64,000 bases of DNA from Spirochaetia bacterium (GTDB lineage Bacteria > Spirochaetota > Spirochaetia > SZUA-6 > Bin103): NCBI GenBank assembly GCA_965199955.1, contig CBDATQ010000002.1, positions 1,440,001 through 1,504,000 of the forward strand. The letters run 5' to 3'. The translations under genes were made by a program, and so were the position numbers. Under the pieces are notes generated by a model. The model worked only from the letters and a program-made list of their open reading frames with translations, was not told where the DNA came from and searched no databases. Shown here piece by piece: positions 19,753 to 30,400 of this stretch; within the stretch, counting starts at the first letter, position 1, and the number at the start of each line of letters is the position of its first letter.

Positions 19753-20814
19753 ATGCCTGACGGGAATTTCAGTTTCGATTTCGACGAGCACTTCGGGAGC
19801 CTCATGCACGCGTGCGAGGGGCAGTGCCGCTTTCGCGGCGGCACGCAGACGGAGATCCGGGAGTGGCAGGACGCGTTTCGGGACCGCCTGCGATCACACC
19901 TGGGACTGGAGCACGTGGAGAAGGACCTGGCCGGGTTCGTCCCCACCGCGCAGCGGTTCGACAGCGAGGACCTGGGGACGTACACGCGGGAGTCGTGGCG
20001 CATCCTGACCGAGCCGACCGTGCCGTTGCCCTTCTATCTGCTGCGGCCCAAGTCGGCGGCCGACACGCTCCCCCTCGTGCTTACCCCGCACGGCCACGGC
20101 CATCCGCACGTCTACGTCGGACTCTTCGACAGCCCGGAGGAGGAGGCGCAGATCCGCGAGGGGGAACGGGACATCGCCGTGCAGGCCGTCGAGCAGGGGT
20201 ACCTGGTGATCTCGCCGACCACGCGCGCGTTCGGCGAGACACGATCCCCGGAGGACAGGGAACAGAACAAGACATCGTCGTGCCACCAGCAGCTCATGCT
20301 CGACCTGCTGGTCGGGCGGACGCCTATCGGTGACCGCGTGTGGGACATGTCGCGGCTGATCGACTGGGCGATCGCGCACCAGGACGCGGATGCCGCGCGC
20401 ATCGCCATCACCGGCAACTCCGGCGGCGGCACGGTGTCGCTGTTCGCCGCGGCCTGCGACACGCGGATCTCCGTTGCGGTTCCCGGCAGTTACTTCTGCA
20501 CGTTCGCCGGCAGCATCGGCTCGATCGCCCACTGCGACTGCAACTACGTGCCCGGCATCCTGCGACTGGGTGAGATGCATGACGTGGCCGGCCTCATCGC
20601 GCCCCGCCACTTTCTGGCGGTCACCGGCAGGGACGATAGGATCTTCCCCATCGCTCATACGGAGGCAGCCTTTGCGCAGCTCGCGAAGGTGTACCGGGCG
20701 CTGGCCGTCCCGGAGCGGTGCGAGCTGTACGTCGGCGACGGTGGCCACCGCTACTACAAGGAACGGGTGTGGAGCTTCGTCGCGGAGGCCTTCGCTGCGC
20801 GCTCCGCCGCCTGA
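19753..20814 (+). CDS. Alpha/beta-hydrolase (dienelactone hydrolase/acetylxylan esterase-like)
   Basis: GGAGG RBS, LTPHGHG, nucleophile elbow GNSGGG, HCDCNYVPGIL and GGHRYY. Confidence 0.88.
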   Translation: MPDGNFSFDFDEHFGSLMHACEGQCRFRGGTQTEIREWQDAFRDRLRSHLGLEHVEKDLAGFVPTAQRFDSEDLGTYTRESWRILTEPTVPLPFYLLRPKSAADTLPLVLTPHGHGHPHVYVGLFDSPEEEAQIREGERDIAVQAVEQGYLVISPTTRAFGETRSPEDREQNKTSSCHQQLMLDLLVGRTPIGDRVWDMSRLIDWAIAHQDADAARIAITGNSGGGTVSLFAAACDTRISVAVPGSYFCTFAGSIGSIAHCDCNYVPGILRLGEMHDVAGLIAPRHFLAVTGRDDRIFPIAHTEAAFAQLAKVYRALAVPERCELYVGDGGHRYYKERVWSFVAEAFAARSAA

Positions 20815-20983
20815 GCTAGCCCACCAGCGTCAGGCGCGCGCCGAGGATAGGCCGGCGATCATCGGTGGACAACATCTCGGCGGCGCCGATACGCTCGGAG
20901 CTTGGCCGAAGCTGACGTCCAGCAGCGCGACCGTCGCGGCGAGTGGCTTCCCGAATCGTTGCCGGAGCCGTCCCCGCTGTTCT

Positions 20984-21031
20984 CGTGAACGGTGCCGGGA
21001 TCACCGGCACGATGCCGGCGAGCGCTCTCAT
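20984..21031 (-). pseudogene. 5' stub of a dihydrodipicolinate synthase-family aldolase
   Basis: [16 protein letters not shown], translationally coupled (TGATG) to the DgaE-like gene, then truncated. Confidence 0.5.
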
Positions 21032-22191
21032 CAGGATGCAGGCGAGGCAGCCTGCCCGCCGGGTGCCAGGTCGCGCTCGCAGCGCCGCAACGCCTCGATC
21101 ACGATCGGTACCTCCTCGGGCTCCATGCACATCGGCGCCACCGTCACCTCGCCGGGGGACTCGCTGCCGCAGACCACGGGCGGTTCCTGGGCGCGCAGGT
21201 GGTCGAGCACCTGCTGCTCGCCGATCCCGCCGAGCAGCCGCAGCCTGGCGCGGGCGATCGGCTGCCCCGCCTCGCTGTACGGGTCGCGCTCGGCCGCGAA
21301 GAGCCGGCTGCCGGCCAGCGCGCCGCAGATCTCCGCCGCGGCGTCGTCGGCCCAGGCGAGCCGCGCGCTCTCGTCGTCCTCCAGGTACTCCTTCACCGCC
21401 CAGTAGAGTCCGACGATCTCTTCGCGGCCGGTCTTCATCATCCGGCCGTGCCCGTAGTTCGGGAAGCCGATGCGGGTGACGATCTCCAGGAACCAGCGCT
21501 CGCCCACCAGCGGGCCGCTCGACTGCGGGCCGCGCAGGTCCTTGCCGCCCGAGAACAGCGCCGCGGTCGCGCCGGCCTGCGTGAACTTCCAGAGGTTCTC
21601 CTTCGGCGGGAGCTGCGCCGCGCAGTCGATGACCAGCGGCAGCCCGTGCATGCGCGCCACCGCGACCGTGTCCTCGAAGGGCAGCCCGCCCTGCGTCGTC
21701 CAGCCGTGCTCGGCCTGGAAGAAGAAGATGGCCGCCGTGCGGTCGGTGATGTTGTGGGTGAGCGCCTCGCGCGTGATCGGCTCGATAAAGTTCGCGTAGC
21801 CCAGGGTCTTGGTCCGCACGCCGAGCTGCTGCAGCACGAAGTCGTACGGGTTGTGGTGGGCGGTGAACACGATCACCTCGTAGGCGCCGATCTCCTCGGA
21901 GCTCAGGTAGCGGATCGGCCGGCCGGCGCGGCGCTCGACGGCCGCGGCCGCGCACAGGCACAGGCCGGTGTCGGCGCCGTTGGAGACGAAGGCCGCCTCG
22001 TTGCCGGTCAGCTCGGCCAGCCGCCCGTGCACGGCGGCCTGCAGCGCCCGGATGTCGGTGTAGCTCCGCGCCGCCTCGTTCATGCGCCGCAGCGTCGACT
22101 CGCGCATGCGCGATCCGCCGAAGGCGGTGAAGCCGCCCGCGGCGTTCACCAGCCGCGCGACGCCAAGGTGATCGTAGATGTCCTCCGCCAC
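21031..22191 (-). CDS. SelA-like PLP enzyme (DgaE, D-glucosaminate-6-phosphate ammonia-lyase family)
   Basis: [38 protein letters not shown] and [14 protein letters not shown]. Confidence 0.85.
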   Translation of the reverse strand: MAEDIYDHLGVARLVNAAGGFTAFGGSRMRESTLRRMNEAARSYTDIRALQAAVHGRLAELTGNEAAFVSNGADTGLCLCAAAAVERRAGRPIRYLSSEEIGAYEVIVFTAHHNPYDFVLQQLGVRTKTLGYANFIEPITREALTHNITDRTAAIFFFQAEHGWTTQGGLPFEDTVAVARMHGLPLVIDCAAQLPPKENLWKFTQAGATAALFSGGKDLRGPQSSGPLVGERWFLEIVTRIGFPNYGHGRMMKTGREEIVGLYWAVKEYLEDDESARLAWADDAAAEICGALAGSRLFAAERDPYSEAGQPIARARLRLLGGIGEQQVLDHLRAQEPPVVCGSESPGEVTVAPMCMEPEEVPIVIEALRRCERDLAPGGQAASPAS

Positions 22192-22297
22192 GCCTCTTCC
22201 GTCCGGTCGCCTACGATAGGGACGCGGCCCGCCGGCCGCAACCGACGGGGCTGCGCGGCGCGAGCAGGGCTCAGTCGGTCTCGACGGCGGGGAATCC

Positions 22298-22436
22298 CGC
22301 AGTAGAAGTTGTCGAAGCGAACGCCGGTGGCTGCCAGCCGGTCGATGTTGGGCGTGCGGATCTCCGGGTTGCCGTAGCAGCCGGCGGCTCACGGCCCCTG
22401 GTCGTCGGTGAGGATGAAGACGACGTTCGGGCTCAT
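22298..22436 (-). pseudogene. Sulfatase 5' remnant with a nonsense mutation
   Basis: [48 protein letters not shown] sits at the usual Trp position, and the remnant ends before the CxPxR motif. Confidence 0.85.
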
Positions 22437-23518
22437 CCGCCCGGGATGTACAGGCTGCGGTCGGCCACGGGCAGGGCGACGCGGGCACCGTCCTGCAGGT
22501 GCGAGGAGGCCACGCCGAACTGCACCTCGACCGACTGCATGGTGATGTCGATGCGGCCGGCCGTGGGCTCGCCCGTCGCAAGCTCGCGGATGATGTCCCG
22601 GATCGTGCAGACCGTGGGGCTCTCCCCGCGCGGTCGGATGAACGTCTGCTCGACGTCGTCGCCTCCCGTGCGGTGCAGGAAGATCAGCTCGCCATTGTCC
22701 CACGCGTGGGCGTGTCCTTCGGTGCCCTGCACGTCCAGGTCGAAGCCGGTACGCGGGACGAAGTGGCCCTCGGCTCCGCCGCGATAACCGACCCGGTAGA
22801 AGCCGACCATCGGGTCGCCGATCTCGCCGTCGGGCGGCCGTTCGAAGCGGTGATTCGCCGCGTCGTACCGCGGGTGCTGCTTGGTGGGCGGCGCGCCGGG
22901 GTCGTCCGGCTCCTCGAGTCGGCCCTCGACCCACTCCGGCACGGGATCGCCCAGCATCATCGCCACCAGGTCGAGCGTGTGCGGGTGGTGCTTGATCAGG
23001 TCGGTGCGGGCGTGCAGGGTCGCGAACCGCGGCTCGCCGATCGCGCCGCGCTCGATCGCCGCGCGCAGCCGCTTGAAGCCGTCGTGATGGCGGCGCATGG
23101 CTCCCCAGTTGAAGGCCACGCCGTTGGCCTTCAGGGCGTCGCGGATGCGGTCGGCCTCGGCCAGCGATGCGCAGAGTCCCTTCTCCGCGTAGATGCCGCG
23201 TACGCCGTGCTCGGCGGCGAACACGATCGGCTCCGCGCGGGCGAAGCTGGGCGTAGTGACGCTGACGATGTCCGGCTTCTCCCGCTCGATCATCGTCCGG
23301 TAGTCGAGGTAGGTGTTGGTGACGCCGAAGCGCTTCACGAACCGCTCCAGGCGCTCTTCGCCGCGGTTCGCGACGGCCACGACCTCCACGTCGTCGATGG
23401 CGGCATAGGCGCTGAAGTGCCCGTACGGCCGGCTGAAATTCTCCGGCGGAATCTCGTCCTCGATCAGTCCGCCCATGCGGCCGGTGCCGATGATCGCCGC
23501 GCGGTAGGTCGCTCCCAT
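22433..23518 (-). CDS. Gfo/Idh/MocA-family oxidoreductase
   Basis: AIIGTGRMG, EKPDIVSVTT and YAEKG. AAGGAG RBS. Confidence 0.9.
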   Translation of the reverse strand: MGATYRAAIIGTGRMGGLIEDEIPPENFSRPYGHFSAYAAIDDVEVVAVANRGEERLERFVKRFGVTNTYLDYRTMIEREKPDIVSVTTPSFARAEPIVFAAEHGVRGIYAEKGLCASLAEADRIRDALKANGVAFNWGAMRRHHDGFKRLRAAIERGAIGEPRFATLHARTDLIKHHPHTLDLVAMMLGDPVPEWVEGRLEEPDDPGAPPTKQHPRYDAANHRFERPPDGEIGDPMVGFYRVGYRGGAEGHFVPRTGFDLDVQGTEGHAHAWDNGELIFLHRTGGDDVEQTFIRPRGESPTVCTIRDIIRELATGEPTAGRIDITMQSVEVQFGVASSHLQDGARVALPVADRSLYIPGG

Positions 23519-23593
23519 GGTTCGCTCCTTGCCGCTGGAGAGTCGCCAACGATCCGTGGCGAGCGCGGCACAGCGGTAGTATGCTGCAAAACC

Positions 23594-23951
23594 ATGCCGC
23601 TATTCGCATGCCGCCTCCTGCCGCGCGTGCGAGCGCACGCAACATCACGGGTACTCGATGCGCCGCCGGGAGCACCCGGGGCAGCCGCGCAGCCCGTTCG
23701 TCGACGTGCCGTTCCCGGAGTGGCAGCCGGTCAGCGCCAACCTGCGGCTGGTGCAGGACCTGGTCCGCTCGCTCGACACGGGCGAGCCGCCGGCCGGCGG
23801 GGTGCGGGTCGCCTATGCCGCTACCGAGCTGACCTTCGCCGCGATCGAGTCCCACCTGCGGGGAGGAGCGCGAGTGGACCTGCCGCTGACCGGCAGCACG
23901 GTGCGGCTCGAGCGCGACCGGGCGCCCCGCCAGCCTCGCTTCCAACCGTAG
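23594..23951 (+). pseudogene. Internally deleted paralog of the adjacent Gfo/Idh/MocA gene
   Basis: YSHAASCRACERT (compare YSHAAVYTACDRT at about 24105) is joined directly to a near-copy of the last 97 codons of 24010-25077. Confidence 0.85.
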
Positions 23952-24009
23952 CCGCGGAACGGGACGGGCGCGACAGACCGGCCGGGCTGGTATGCTGGAT
24001 CGCAGGATC

Positions 24010-25077
24010 ATGAAGGACACATACCGGGCCGTTCTCATCGGCTGCAGCCGCATGGGCGCATTCATCGACCACGAAGTCGGCGACCTGAAGTACATCGTCC
24101 ATCCGTACTCGCACGCCGCGGTCTACACCGCGTGCGATCGCACCGACCTGGTGGCGTGCTCGGACCTGCGCCCCGAGGTGATGACGGAGGTCGGCCGGCA
24201 GTACGGGGTCCCGCCCGACAAGCAGTACACGGACTACCGGCAGATGATCGAGGCCGAGCGGCCCGACATCGTCAGCATCGCCACGCAGCCGGAGGGCCGG
24301 GCGGAGATCGCCGTCCATGCCGCCGAGCACGGGGCCCGGGCGATCTACGCGGAGAAGGCGATGACCGCCTCCATGGCGGAAGCCGACGCGATCGTGGAGG
24401 CGTGCGAGCGCAACGGCGTGGTCTTCAACCTGGGCACGCAGCGGCGCTGGCATCCCGGCTTTCACGCGATGCGGGGCGTGATCGACAGCGGGGAGCTGGG
24501 TGAGCTGCGCTCGGTCATCCTGCAGTTCAACGGGTCCAGCCACTACTTCGACAACCTGCTGTTCCTCAACGGCGACCGCCGCGCCTGCTGGGCGCAGATG
24601 CAGCTCCTGGACGGGGACTGGACTATGGAAGGTGACCGGCTCACCGGCGATCCCACGGCGATCGGCGGGATAGGGTTCGAGAACGGGGTCGTGGCATACA
24701 CGATCCCGTCGGGGCGCGACTGTGAGTTCGAGGCGCGCTGCGCGGACGGAACGCTGCGCGTCACGAACCATCAGGAGTTCTCCATGCGCCGCCGGGAGCA
24801 CCTCGGCCAGCAGCGCAGTCCGTTCGTCGACACGCCGTTCCCCGAGTGGCAGCCGATGAGCGCCAACCTGCGGCTTGTGCTGGACCTGGTCCGCTCGCTC
24901 GACACGGGCGAGCCGCCGATCGGCGGCGTGCGCGCGGCCCGCGCCAGCACCGAGCTGATCTTCGCCGCGATCGAGTCCCACCTGCGGGGCGGGGCCCGCG
25001 TGGACCTGCCGCTGACCGGCAGCACGGTACGGCTCGAGCGCGACCGGGCGCCCAGACAGCCCCGCTACCAGCCTTAG
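24010..25077 (+). CDS. Gfo/Idh/MocA-family oxidoreductase
   Basis: VLIGCSRMG, ERPDIVSIATQP and YAEKAM. Confidence 0.9.
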   Translation: MKDTYRAVLIGCSRMGAFIDHEVGDLKYIVHPYSHAAVYTACDRTDLVACSDLRPEVMTEVGRQYGVPPDKQYTDYRQMIEAERPDIVSIATQPEGRAEIAVHAAEHGARAIYAEKAMTASMAEADAIVEACERNGVVFNLGTQRRWHPGFHAMRGVIDSGELGELRSVILQFNGSSHYFDNLLFLNGDRRACWAQMQLLDGDWTMEGDRLTGDPTAIGGIGFENGVVAYTIPSGRDCEFEARCADGTLRVTNHQEFSMRRREHLGQQRSPFVDTPFPEWQPMSANLRLVLDLVRSLDTGEPPIGGVRAARASTELIFAAIESHLRGGARVDLPLTGSTVRLERDRAPRQPRYQP

Positions 25078-25088
25078 GAGAACGAAGG

Positions 25089-26093
25089 ATGGCCGACACC
25101 GACACCCAGGCGGCGGACCGCCTGCTGCCCCACGACGTGGAGTTCTATGAGCGGGAGCTCGCCTCGTTCCTGCCGGACCGCGTCTTCGACGCGCACACCC
25201 ACCTGTGGCGACGTCAGGACACGGGCTGGGACCTGCCCGGCTGCCCCGATGACGTCGGGCTCGCGGAGTACCGGGATCTGATGGACGACCTGCATCCGGG
25301 GCGGCGCATGGGCGCGATGTTCATTCCGTCGGTGAGTCCGAGCGGGGACGGATCGTTCACCGACCAGAACGAGTGGGTCGCCCGGGCGGTCGCCGACGAC
25401 GCGTCGTTCCGGGGCATCTTTTTCATCCGGCCGACGGACGACCCGGAGTGGGTGCGCCAGGAGGTGCGGCGCCTGGGTCTGCACGGCCTGAAGTGCTACC
25501 ACACCATGGCGCCGGTGACGCCGACGTGGGAGGCGGAGATCCCGGACTTCCTGCCGGAGCGGCTGGTGCGGGTCGCGCACGAGGAGGGGTGGGTGATCAC
25601 CCTGCACATGGTGCGCTCTCGGGCGGCGGCCGATCCGGCCAACATCCGCTGGATCCGCCACTACTGCGAGCGCTATCCGGACATGAAGCTGATCCTCGCC
25701 CACTCGGCGCGTGGCTTCCAGCCGGCGCACAACCTGGAAGGGCTGCCGCACCTGACGGGGCTCGACAACCTCTACTTCGACACCAGCGCCAACTGCGAGC
25801 CCATCGCGCACCAGGCGATCATCCGCATCGTCGGCCACGACAAGCTGTTGTACGGCACCGACCTGCCCGTCAGCCACGGGCGAGGGCGCCACGCCGGCGC
25901 CGCCGACGCCTTCCTCTGGCTCTACGAGGACTCGCCGGTGTGGGACGAGAAGCACATCGGCATCCGGCCGGTGCTGATCGGCCTGGAGCACCTGCGCTCG
26001 ATCAAGTGGGCGTGCTGGTCGGAGCGGCTCGGCGACCGCGCCGTGGAGGACATTTTCTGGAACAACGCCGCGCGCCTGTTTGGCGTCGACTGA
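25089..26093 (+). CDS. Amidohydrolase-family protein (Amidohydro_2-like)
   Basis: FDAHTH, GLKCYH, ITLH, LILAH, YFDTS and LLYGTD. Confidence 0.88.
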   Translation: MADTDTQAADRLLPHDVEFYERELASFLPDRVFDAHTHLWRRQDTGWDLPGCPDDVGLAEYRDLMDDLHPGRRMGAMFIPSVSPSGDGSFTDQNEWVARAVADDASFRGIFFIRPTDDPEWVRQEVRRLGLHGLKCYHTMAPVTPTWEAEIPDFLPERLVRVAHEEGWVITLHMVRSRAAADPANIRWIRHYCERYPDMKLILAHSARGFQPAHNLEGLPHLTGLDNLYFDTSANCEPIAHQAIIRIVGHDKLLYGTDLPVSHGRGRHAGAADAFLWLYEDSPVWDEKHIGIRPVLIGLEHLRSIKWACWSERLGDRAVEDIFWNNAARLFGVD

Positions 26094-26106
26094 GAGAGGC
26101 GCGCGC

Positions 26107-27000
26107 GTGAGATACCGCACGCTGGGCAGGACCGGCATGTCCGTCAGCGAGGTCAGCCTGGGCGGGGCCTACCTGAAGGGGCCCGATCCGGAGCTCCACC
26201 AGGAGAACGCTGCGGCGGTCGTGCGGCGCGCGGCCGAGCTGGGCATCAACTACCTGGACACGGCGCCGGGATACGGTCCCAGCGAGGAGCTGCTGGGCCC
26301 GGCCCTGGAGCATGCCGGCCGGCCGTTCCGGGTGGCGACCAAGGTCGGGTTCGTGCCCGAGGACTTCGACTTCCGGCGCGACAGCGTGGTGGCCAGCCTG
26401 GAGGCGAGCCTGCGCAAGCTGCGCATCGACCGGCTGGCCGTGGCGCAGATCCACGAGGTCAACCTGGTCGGCTGGGAGCGCATCATGGAGCCGGGCGGGG
26501 CGCTCGACGGCCTGCGCGCGGCCCGAGGCGCCGGGCTCTGCGAGGCGATCGGCATCACCGGGCGGGCGATTCCGCTGCTGGCCAAGCTGGCCGGGACCGG
26601 CGAGTTCGACACCGTGCTGGTCTACCACGACTACCACCCGGCCTGTCGGAAGGCGCGGGACGAGGTCATTCCCGCGGCGGCGAAGCAGGACATGGGGATC
26701 GTCGTCGGCACGCCGCTGGGCGCGCTGTTCGGCCACGAAGCGAAACGCGCCCAGACGCTGGCGGCGCTCTCCGGCGGTCAACGGGGTGCCGCCGAGCGCG
26801 TGATCGAGCGCTTGCGGCGGGAGCCGGGGACGCTCGCCCGCAACGCCTTTCGCTATATCATCGCCGACGAGGCGGTGAGCACGGTGTCGAGCGGCGCGGC
26901 GGACGTGGAGCAGCTCGAGGACGTGGCGGGGGCCTCGGCGCTGGGCGCGATGCCGGCGGAGTTGGTCGCGGAGCTGGAGCTCCTGGGGGCGGAGAGATGA
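26107..27000 (+). CDS. Aldo/keto reductase
   Basis: YRTLGRTGMSVSEVSLG, GINYLDTAPGYG.SE and ATKVG. Confidence 0.92.
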   Translation: MRYRTLGRTGMSVSEVSLGGAYLKGPDPELHQENAAAVVRRAAELGINYLDTAPGYGPSEELLGPALEHAGRPFRVATKVGFVPEDFDFRRDSVVASLEASLRKLRIDRLAVAQIHEVNLVGWERIMEPGGALDGLRAARGAGLCEAIGITGRAIPLLAKLAGTGEFDTVLVYHDYHPACRKARDEVIPAAAKQDMGIVVGTPLGALFGHEAKRAQTLAALSGGQRGAAERVIERLRREPGTLARNAFRYIIADEAVSTVSSGAADVEQLEDVAGASALGAMPAELVAELELLGAER

Positions 27001-27902
27001 GTCAGGACGAGGTGACTCGGGACGAGATCTACCGGGGGCTCTGGGACACCGGCCTGCACGACGGCGACGTCGTGCTCGTCCACTCGGCCATGCGGACGCT
27101 GGGCCGCGTTCAAGGAGGTGGCGACACCGTAGTCTCGGCGCTGCTGGACGTGATCGGCGAGCGCGGCACGCTGGTGGTGCCCACCTTCACGTTCATTCAC
27201 GAGGTGGAGGACGACCCCATCATCGACCCGCGGAACGACCGGTCCGAGATGGGGGCTATCACCGAGGCGGCCCGCACTCACTCGCAGGCGCTGCGGAGCA
27301 CCGCGTTCCGGCACAGCTTCGCGGCCATCGGCCGCCGGGCCGAGGTGCTCGCCGGGGTCGACCCGGCGCTGTCCGTGTTCGACCTGCGCTCCGCCTTCGG
27401 GGTCATGCTGGCCGTGAACACGCAGGTCCTGATGCTGGGCATGACCTACGGGAGCTGTACCAGCTTCCATTTCGCCGAGTGGCTGTGCGAGGTGCCCTAC
27501 CGGCGCGTCATCCCGCTCGACGTCAAGGTCCGGCGGGCCAACGGCACGGTGGTGCCGCAGGCCATGACCGACTATCAGCCGCACAGTTATACCGGCACGC
27601 GCCGCCCCGACTTCAACCGCATGGGCCGCATACTGGAGGAGCGGAAGCTGGTCGGCATCGCCGCGGTCGGCAACGCGGTCGCCCGGCGCTTCGCCATGCG
27701 CGACCTGATCGACCTCGCGCAGGCCGAGGCGGAGAAGGACTACAACGTGTTCCGCACCCCCGAGGGCGGGACCACCCACGGCACGCCCCTCGACTCCGGC
27801 ACGACGGTGCTCAGCCCGGAGATGCCGGACGCGGCGGGACGCCCCGACCGCTACCAGTGGAGCGTGTTCGACGAGTCGCGGTTGAAGCTGCCGGCCGGCT
27901 GA
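26997..27902 (+). CDS. AAC(3)/YokD-family N-acetyltransferase
   Basis: GDVVLVHSAM, GTLVVPTFT, MGAITE, HSFAAIG and CTSFHFAE. Confidence 0.85.
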   Translation: MSQDEVTRDEIYRGLWDTGLHDGDVVLVHSAMRTLGRVQGGGDTVVSALLDVIGERGTLVVPTFTFIHEVEDDPIIDPRNDRSEMGAITEAARTHSQALRSTAFRHSFAAIGRRAEVLAGVDPALSVFDLRSAFGVMLAVNTQVLMLGMTYGSCTSFHFAEWLCEVPYRRVIPLDVKVRRANGTVVPQAMTDYQPHSYTGTRRPDFNRMGRILEERKLVGIAAVGNAVARRFAMRDLIDLAQAEAEKDYNVFRTPEGGTTHGTPLDSGTTVLSPEMPDAAGRPDRYQWSVFDESRLKLPAG

Positions 27903-27918
27903 CGCGCGGGGGTCCATC

Positions 27919-28077
27919 GGCCACCCGCAGGCCGAACAGCAGCAGCACCGAACCGGCGATGCCGCCGAGCAGCACGGCCCCCAGGAGCCTCCGGCCGTTC
28001 GCCGGGTCGAGTCCCCTGACCCGCTGCACGAGCCGCCTGCGCACGGCGAACGGCGCCATGCCCACGGCGGCGCCCAG
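27919..28077 (-). pseudogene. Internal fragment of an EamA/DMT transporter
   Basis: LGAAVGMAPF...RRLLGAVLLGGIAGSVLLLFGLRVA, with no own start or natural end. Confidence 0.55.
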
Positions 28078-28961
28078 TCGCTTCGAGCAGGACCTGCACC
28101 GAAGCTCGAACCAGCGCCGAGCCATCGCCCGAGTCCACAGCAACGATCTCGATGTGCCCTGGTCCCGCGTCGCCCGCCAGGAAGTCGACGGGCGCGGCGA
28201 ACGTCCCGAGCGTGCCCGAGTCCGCGTCGAGCGGGATCCTCCCCAAGCCGATCACACCGCCCCGGGCGTCGTACACCAGGTTAGGTCAGGCCATCGGCGC
28301 ACGGGTGCGTCGTATTTCCCCGAACCTCGACGCCCGTCGCGATCGTCTCCCCCGGCAGCGGATACGCGATCACGAGGGCCCGAGACGGTACCAGTCGCTT
28401 CCCACGCAGCATGAACGCCCGTGTTGTTTCGATCGAGGGGCAGCACAACCCGTCGCCTGGGCCGTGCGCGTCCATCGTTACGAAGATGTGGCGGCCCGAG
28501 ACGGCGATGCTCTTTACGCGTACGCGATCTCCCAGGAGCTCGCGGCCCGCCTGAACCGGCATGCCATTGCGGTTGCGCACCGCGAACAAATGGATGAACG
28601 TGCCGCTCCCGCCGGTGTTGACGAAGGCGACGACAGCCGCGTCGGCGACACCATCGCCGTCCAGGTCGCCAAAGGCGAAAAGATCGCCGACGAGGCCGGC
28701 TTCCATCCGCTCCGTCGCACCCGCGCCATACCGGATCGATCCCTGCCCGTCCCGGAATCGAATCGGGGTCTCCTCGTCGCCGAGCAGCGGCAGTTGGTAG
28801 TGGCCGTCACGGAGCTGTTCGAGCGTGAGCCGACGAGGCTCGCCGCCTGCGGGAGCTGTGGTGTGCTGCTGAGCCCCGGCCTCCGCCGAGACCACGAGCG
28901 AGCCGAGCGTGACAACCGCGAGCGCGAATCCCGTCCGCAAGCGTGCGAATCCGGTGTTCAT
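28078..28961 (-). pseudogene. Secreted protein with a GDLDGDG domain and a Gmad2-like Ig domain, split by a +1 insertion at about 28282
   Basis: Signal peptide, AFGDLDGDGVADAAV..NTGGSG, LGDRV and GLCCPS. Removing one A from ACC-TAA-C restores LTYLVYDARG...GTF. Confidence 0.65.
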
Positions 28962-29004
28962 CGCTCAGATCAGCCGGGGGCGGAGATGAGCTCGAAGGCG
29001 AAAG

Positions 29005-29688
29005 CTACTCGCGGGAGCCGAGTTCGGTCTTGAGCCAGGCGACGAGCTGCTGCTGGTTGCGCGTCTGCACCATGACATCACCGGGGCCGGTGAAGTCGAA
29101 CACGAAGCCCTCGCCCGACTTGATCGATTGCATGGAGCGGCCTTCCACAGCCCGCCGCAACTCGAAGGTGACCGTGTCGACGAAGGCCAGCACGTGGCTG
29201 GTGTCCACAACGACTGTCTCACCCGCCGCGAGCGAGATCACCTCCACGGCCCCATAGGACGCCACCAGCGCCTGACCCGAGCCGGAGGCGTGGATCATGA
29301 ACCCGCCCTCGCCGCCGAACAGCAACTTGGCCCCGCCCCACCTGGTGTCGATCTCGACGGATGCATCGGAGGCGAGCCAGTTGCCGCGTTCGATGATCCA
29401 GGAATGCGAGCCGTCCAGGTCGAGCACCTTGATGTCGCCAGGCAGTTTGGCGGCGACGTCCACCCATCCACCGGCGGCGGGTGCCGTATAGGTGGAGATG
29501 AACAGCGACTCGCCGCCGAGGACGCTGCGCTTGAGCCCCTTGAGCAGGCCGCCCTCCATGCGCGCCTCAAGGCCCATGCCCGGCGAGTGGGCCATCATCG
29601 CGCCCGCCTCCACCTTCAGTCGGTCGCCCCCGCCCATTCGGCACCGGGCTACCGCGAAGCTTGGAGCATGTCGAACCTCAGCCTCCAT
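29005..29688 (-). CDS. AIM24 / TIGR00266-family protein
   Basis: KVEAGAMM, LKRSVLGGESLF, LPGDI, FGGEG, VVDTSHVLAF, SGEGFVFDFTGPG and VQTRN. Confidence 0.92.
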   Translation of the reverse strand: MEAEVRHAPSFAVARCRMGGGDRLKVEAGAMMAHSPGMGLEARMEGGLLKGLKRSVLGGESLFISTYTAPAAGGWVDVAAKLPGDIKVLDLDGSHSWIIERGNWLASDASVEIDTRWGGAKLLFGGEGGFMIHASGSGQALVASYGAVEVISLAAGETVVVDTSHVLAFVDTVTFELRRAVEGRSMQSIKSGEGFVFDFTGPGDVMVQTRNQQQLVAWLKTELGSRE

Positions 29689-29814
29689 GATGCCGACCAT
29701 GGTAACATCCCTGCGATCCGCCGGCACCCCCCCCCGTAGCATCGCGTCAGTGGCCATGTGCAGTCGTTCCCCACGCACACGGATTGAATGTCGGTTCCTG
29801 GCACTCAGTCGTCG

Positions 29815-30400
29815 GCACCGTGATGTCGTAGCCCAGCGCCGCGAAGTAGGAGTAGAACACGCTGGCGTGATAGCCCTCGTACTTCGCGACGTCGTTGTTG
29901 GTGCGCCATTCGTACGGGATGCTCGCGAAGAAGGCGTCTGCCGCCCGGCGTCCTGCACGAAGTGAGCAGCAATACGCGGTTCAGGCTCTGGCGGACCTCC
30001 CGGTTCGGATAGCCCAGCCGATACAGGGGCATGATAGCGGGGGCGCGATCCCCGCCTCCTCTGCGAGCTCTCCAATTGCGCCATCACGTCCTCGTCAAGC
30101 TCGCTCCGGTCCTGATAATTGCCGCTGCCGAAGTCGAGGCGCAGCACCGGATGGCGCTGTGACCATTCATGGCCGTCGTGGATGCGCAGCCCTTCGAACA
30201 GCTCCTGATTACCCTCGAACAACTCCTTCATCGTGTCGACCAGCAGACTCTTTGCCGAACCGTCGCGGGCGTGACAGGAAATAGTGCTTGCCTTCGTTGA
30301 GCAGCCGCTCGATGTAGGCGGTCTTGTCGACGTAGTAGCAGTCTCGCTCGCGCAGCTCGCGGAAGGTCTGCATGCCGATCGGGAGCCTGCGCCTGCTCAC
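29815..30400 (-). pseudogene. AAA-ATPase / PD-(D/E)XK (DUF1703-type) protein, frameshifted and multiply deleted
   Basis: [18 protein letters not shown] and Walker A SRPRRFGK(S), followed by disjoint pieces YRLGYPNREVRQSL and FFASIPYEW..YEGYHASVFYSYFAALG. Confidence 0.85.

Noticed and set aside
22389..22391. In-frame TGA in a sulfatase next to a SelA-like gene, suggesting selenocysteine
   Set aside because: The codon falls at a position that is normally Trp (TGG to TGA), not the catalytic Cys. The gene is truncated shortly after. The neighbour looks DgaE-type, and no selB/selC/selD is present.
26997..27902. Acquired aminoglycoside-resistance cassette
   Set aside because: Host-like GC, operon-coupled to an AKR, and no integron or attC context. 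Resistance cannot be claimed from sequence.
29005..30231. AAA-ATPase/AIM24 fusion
   Set aside because: Chance read-through from a decayed AAA remnant. AIM24 has its own start at 29688.
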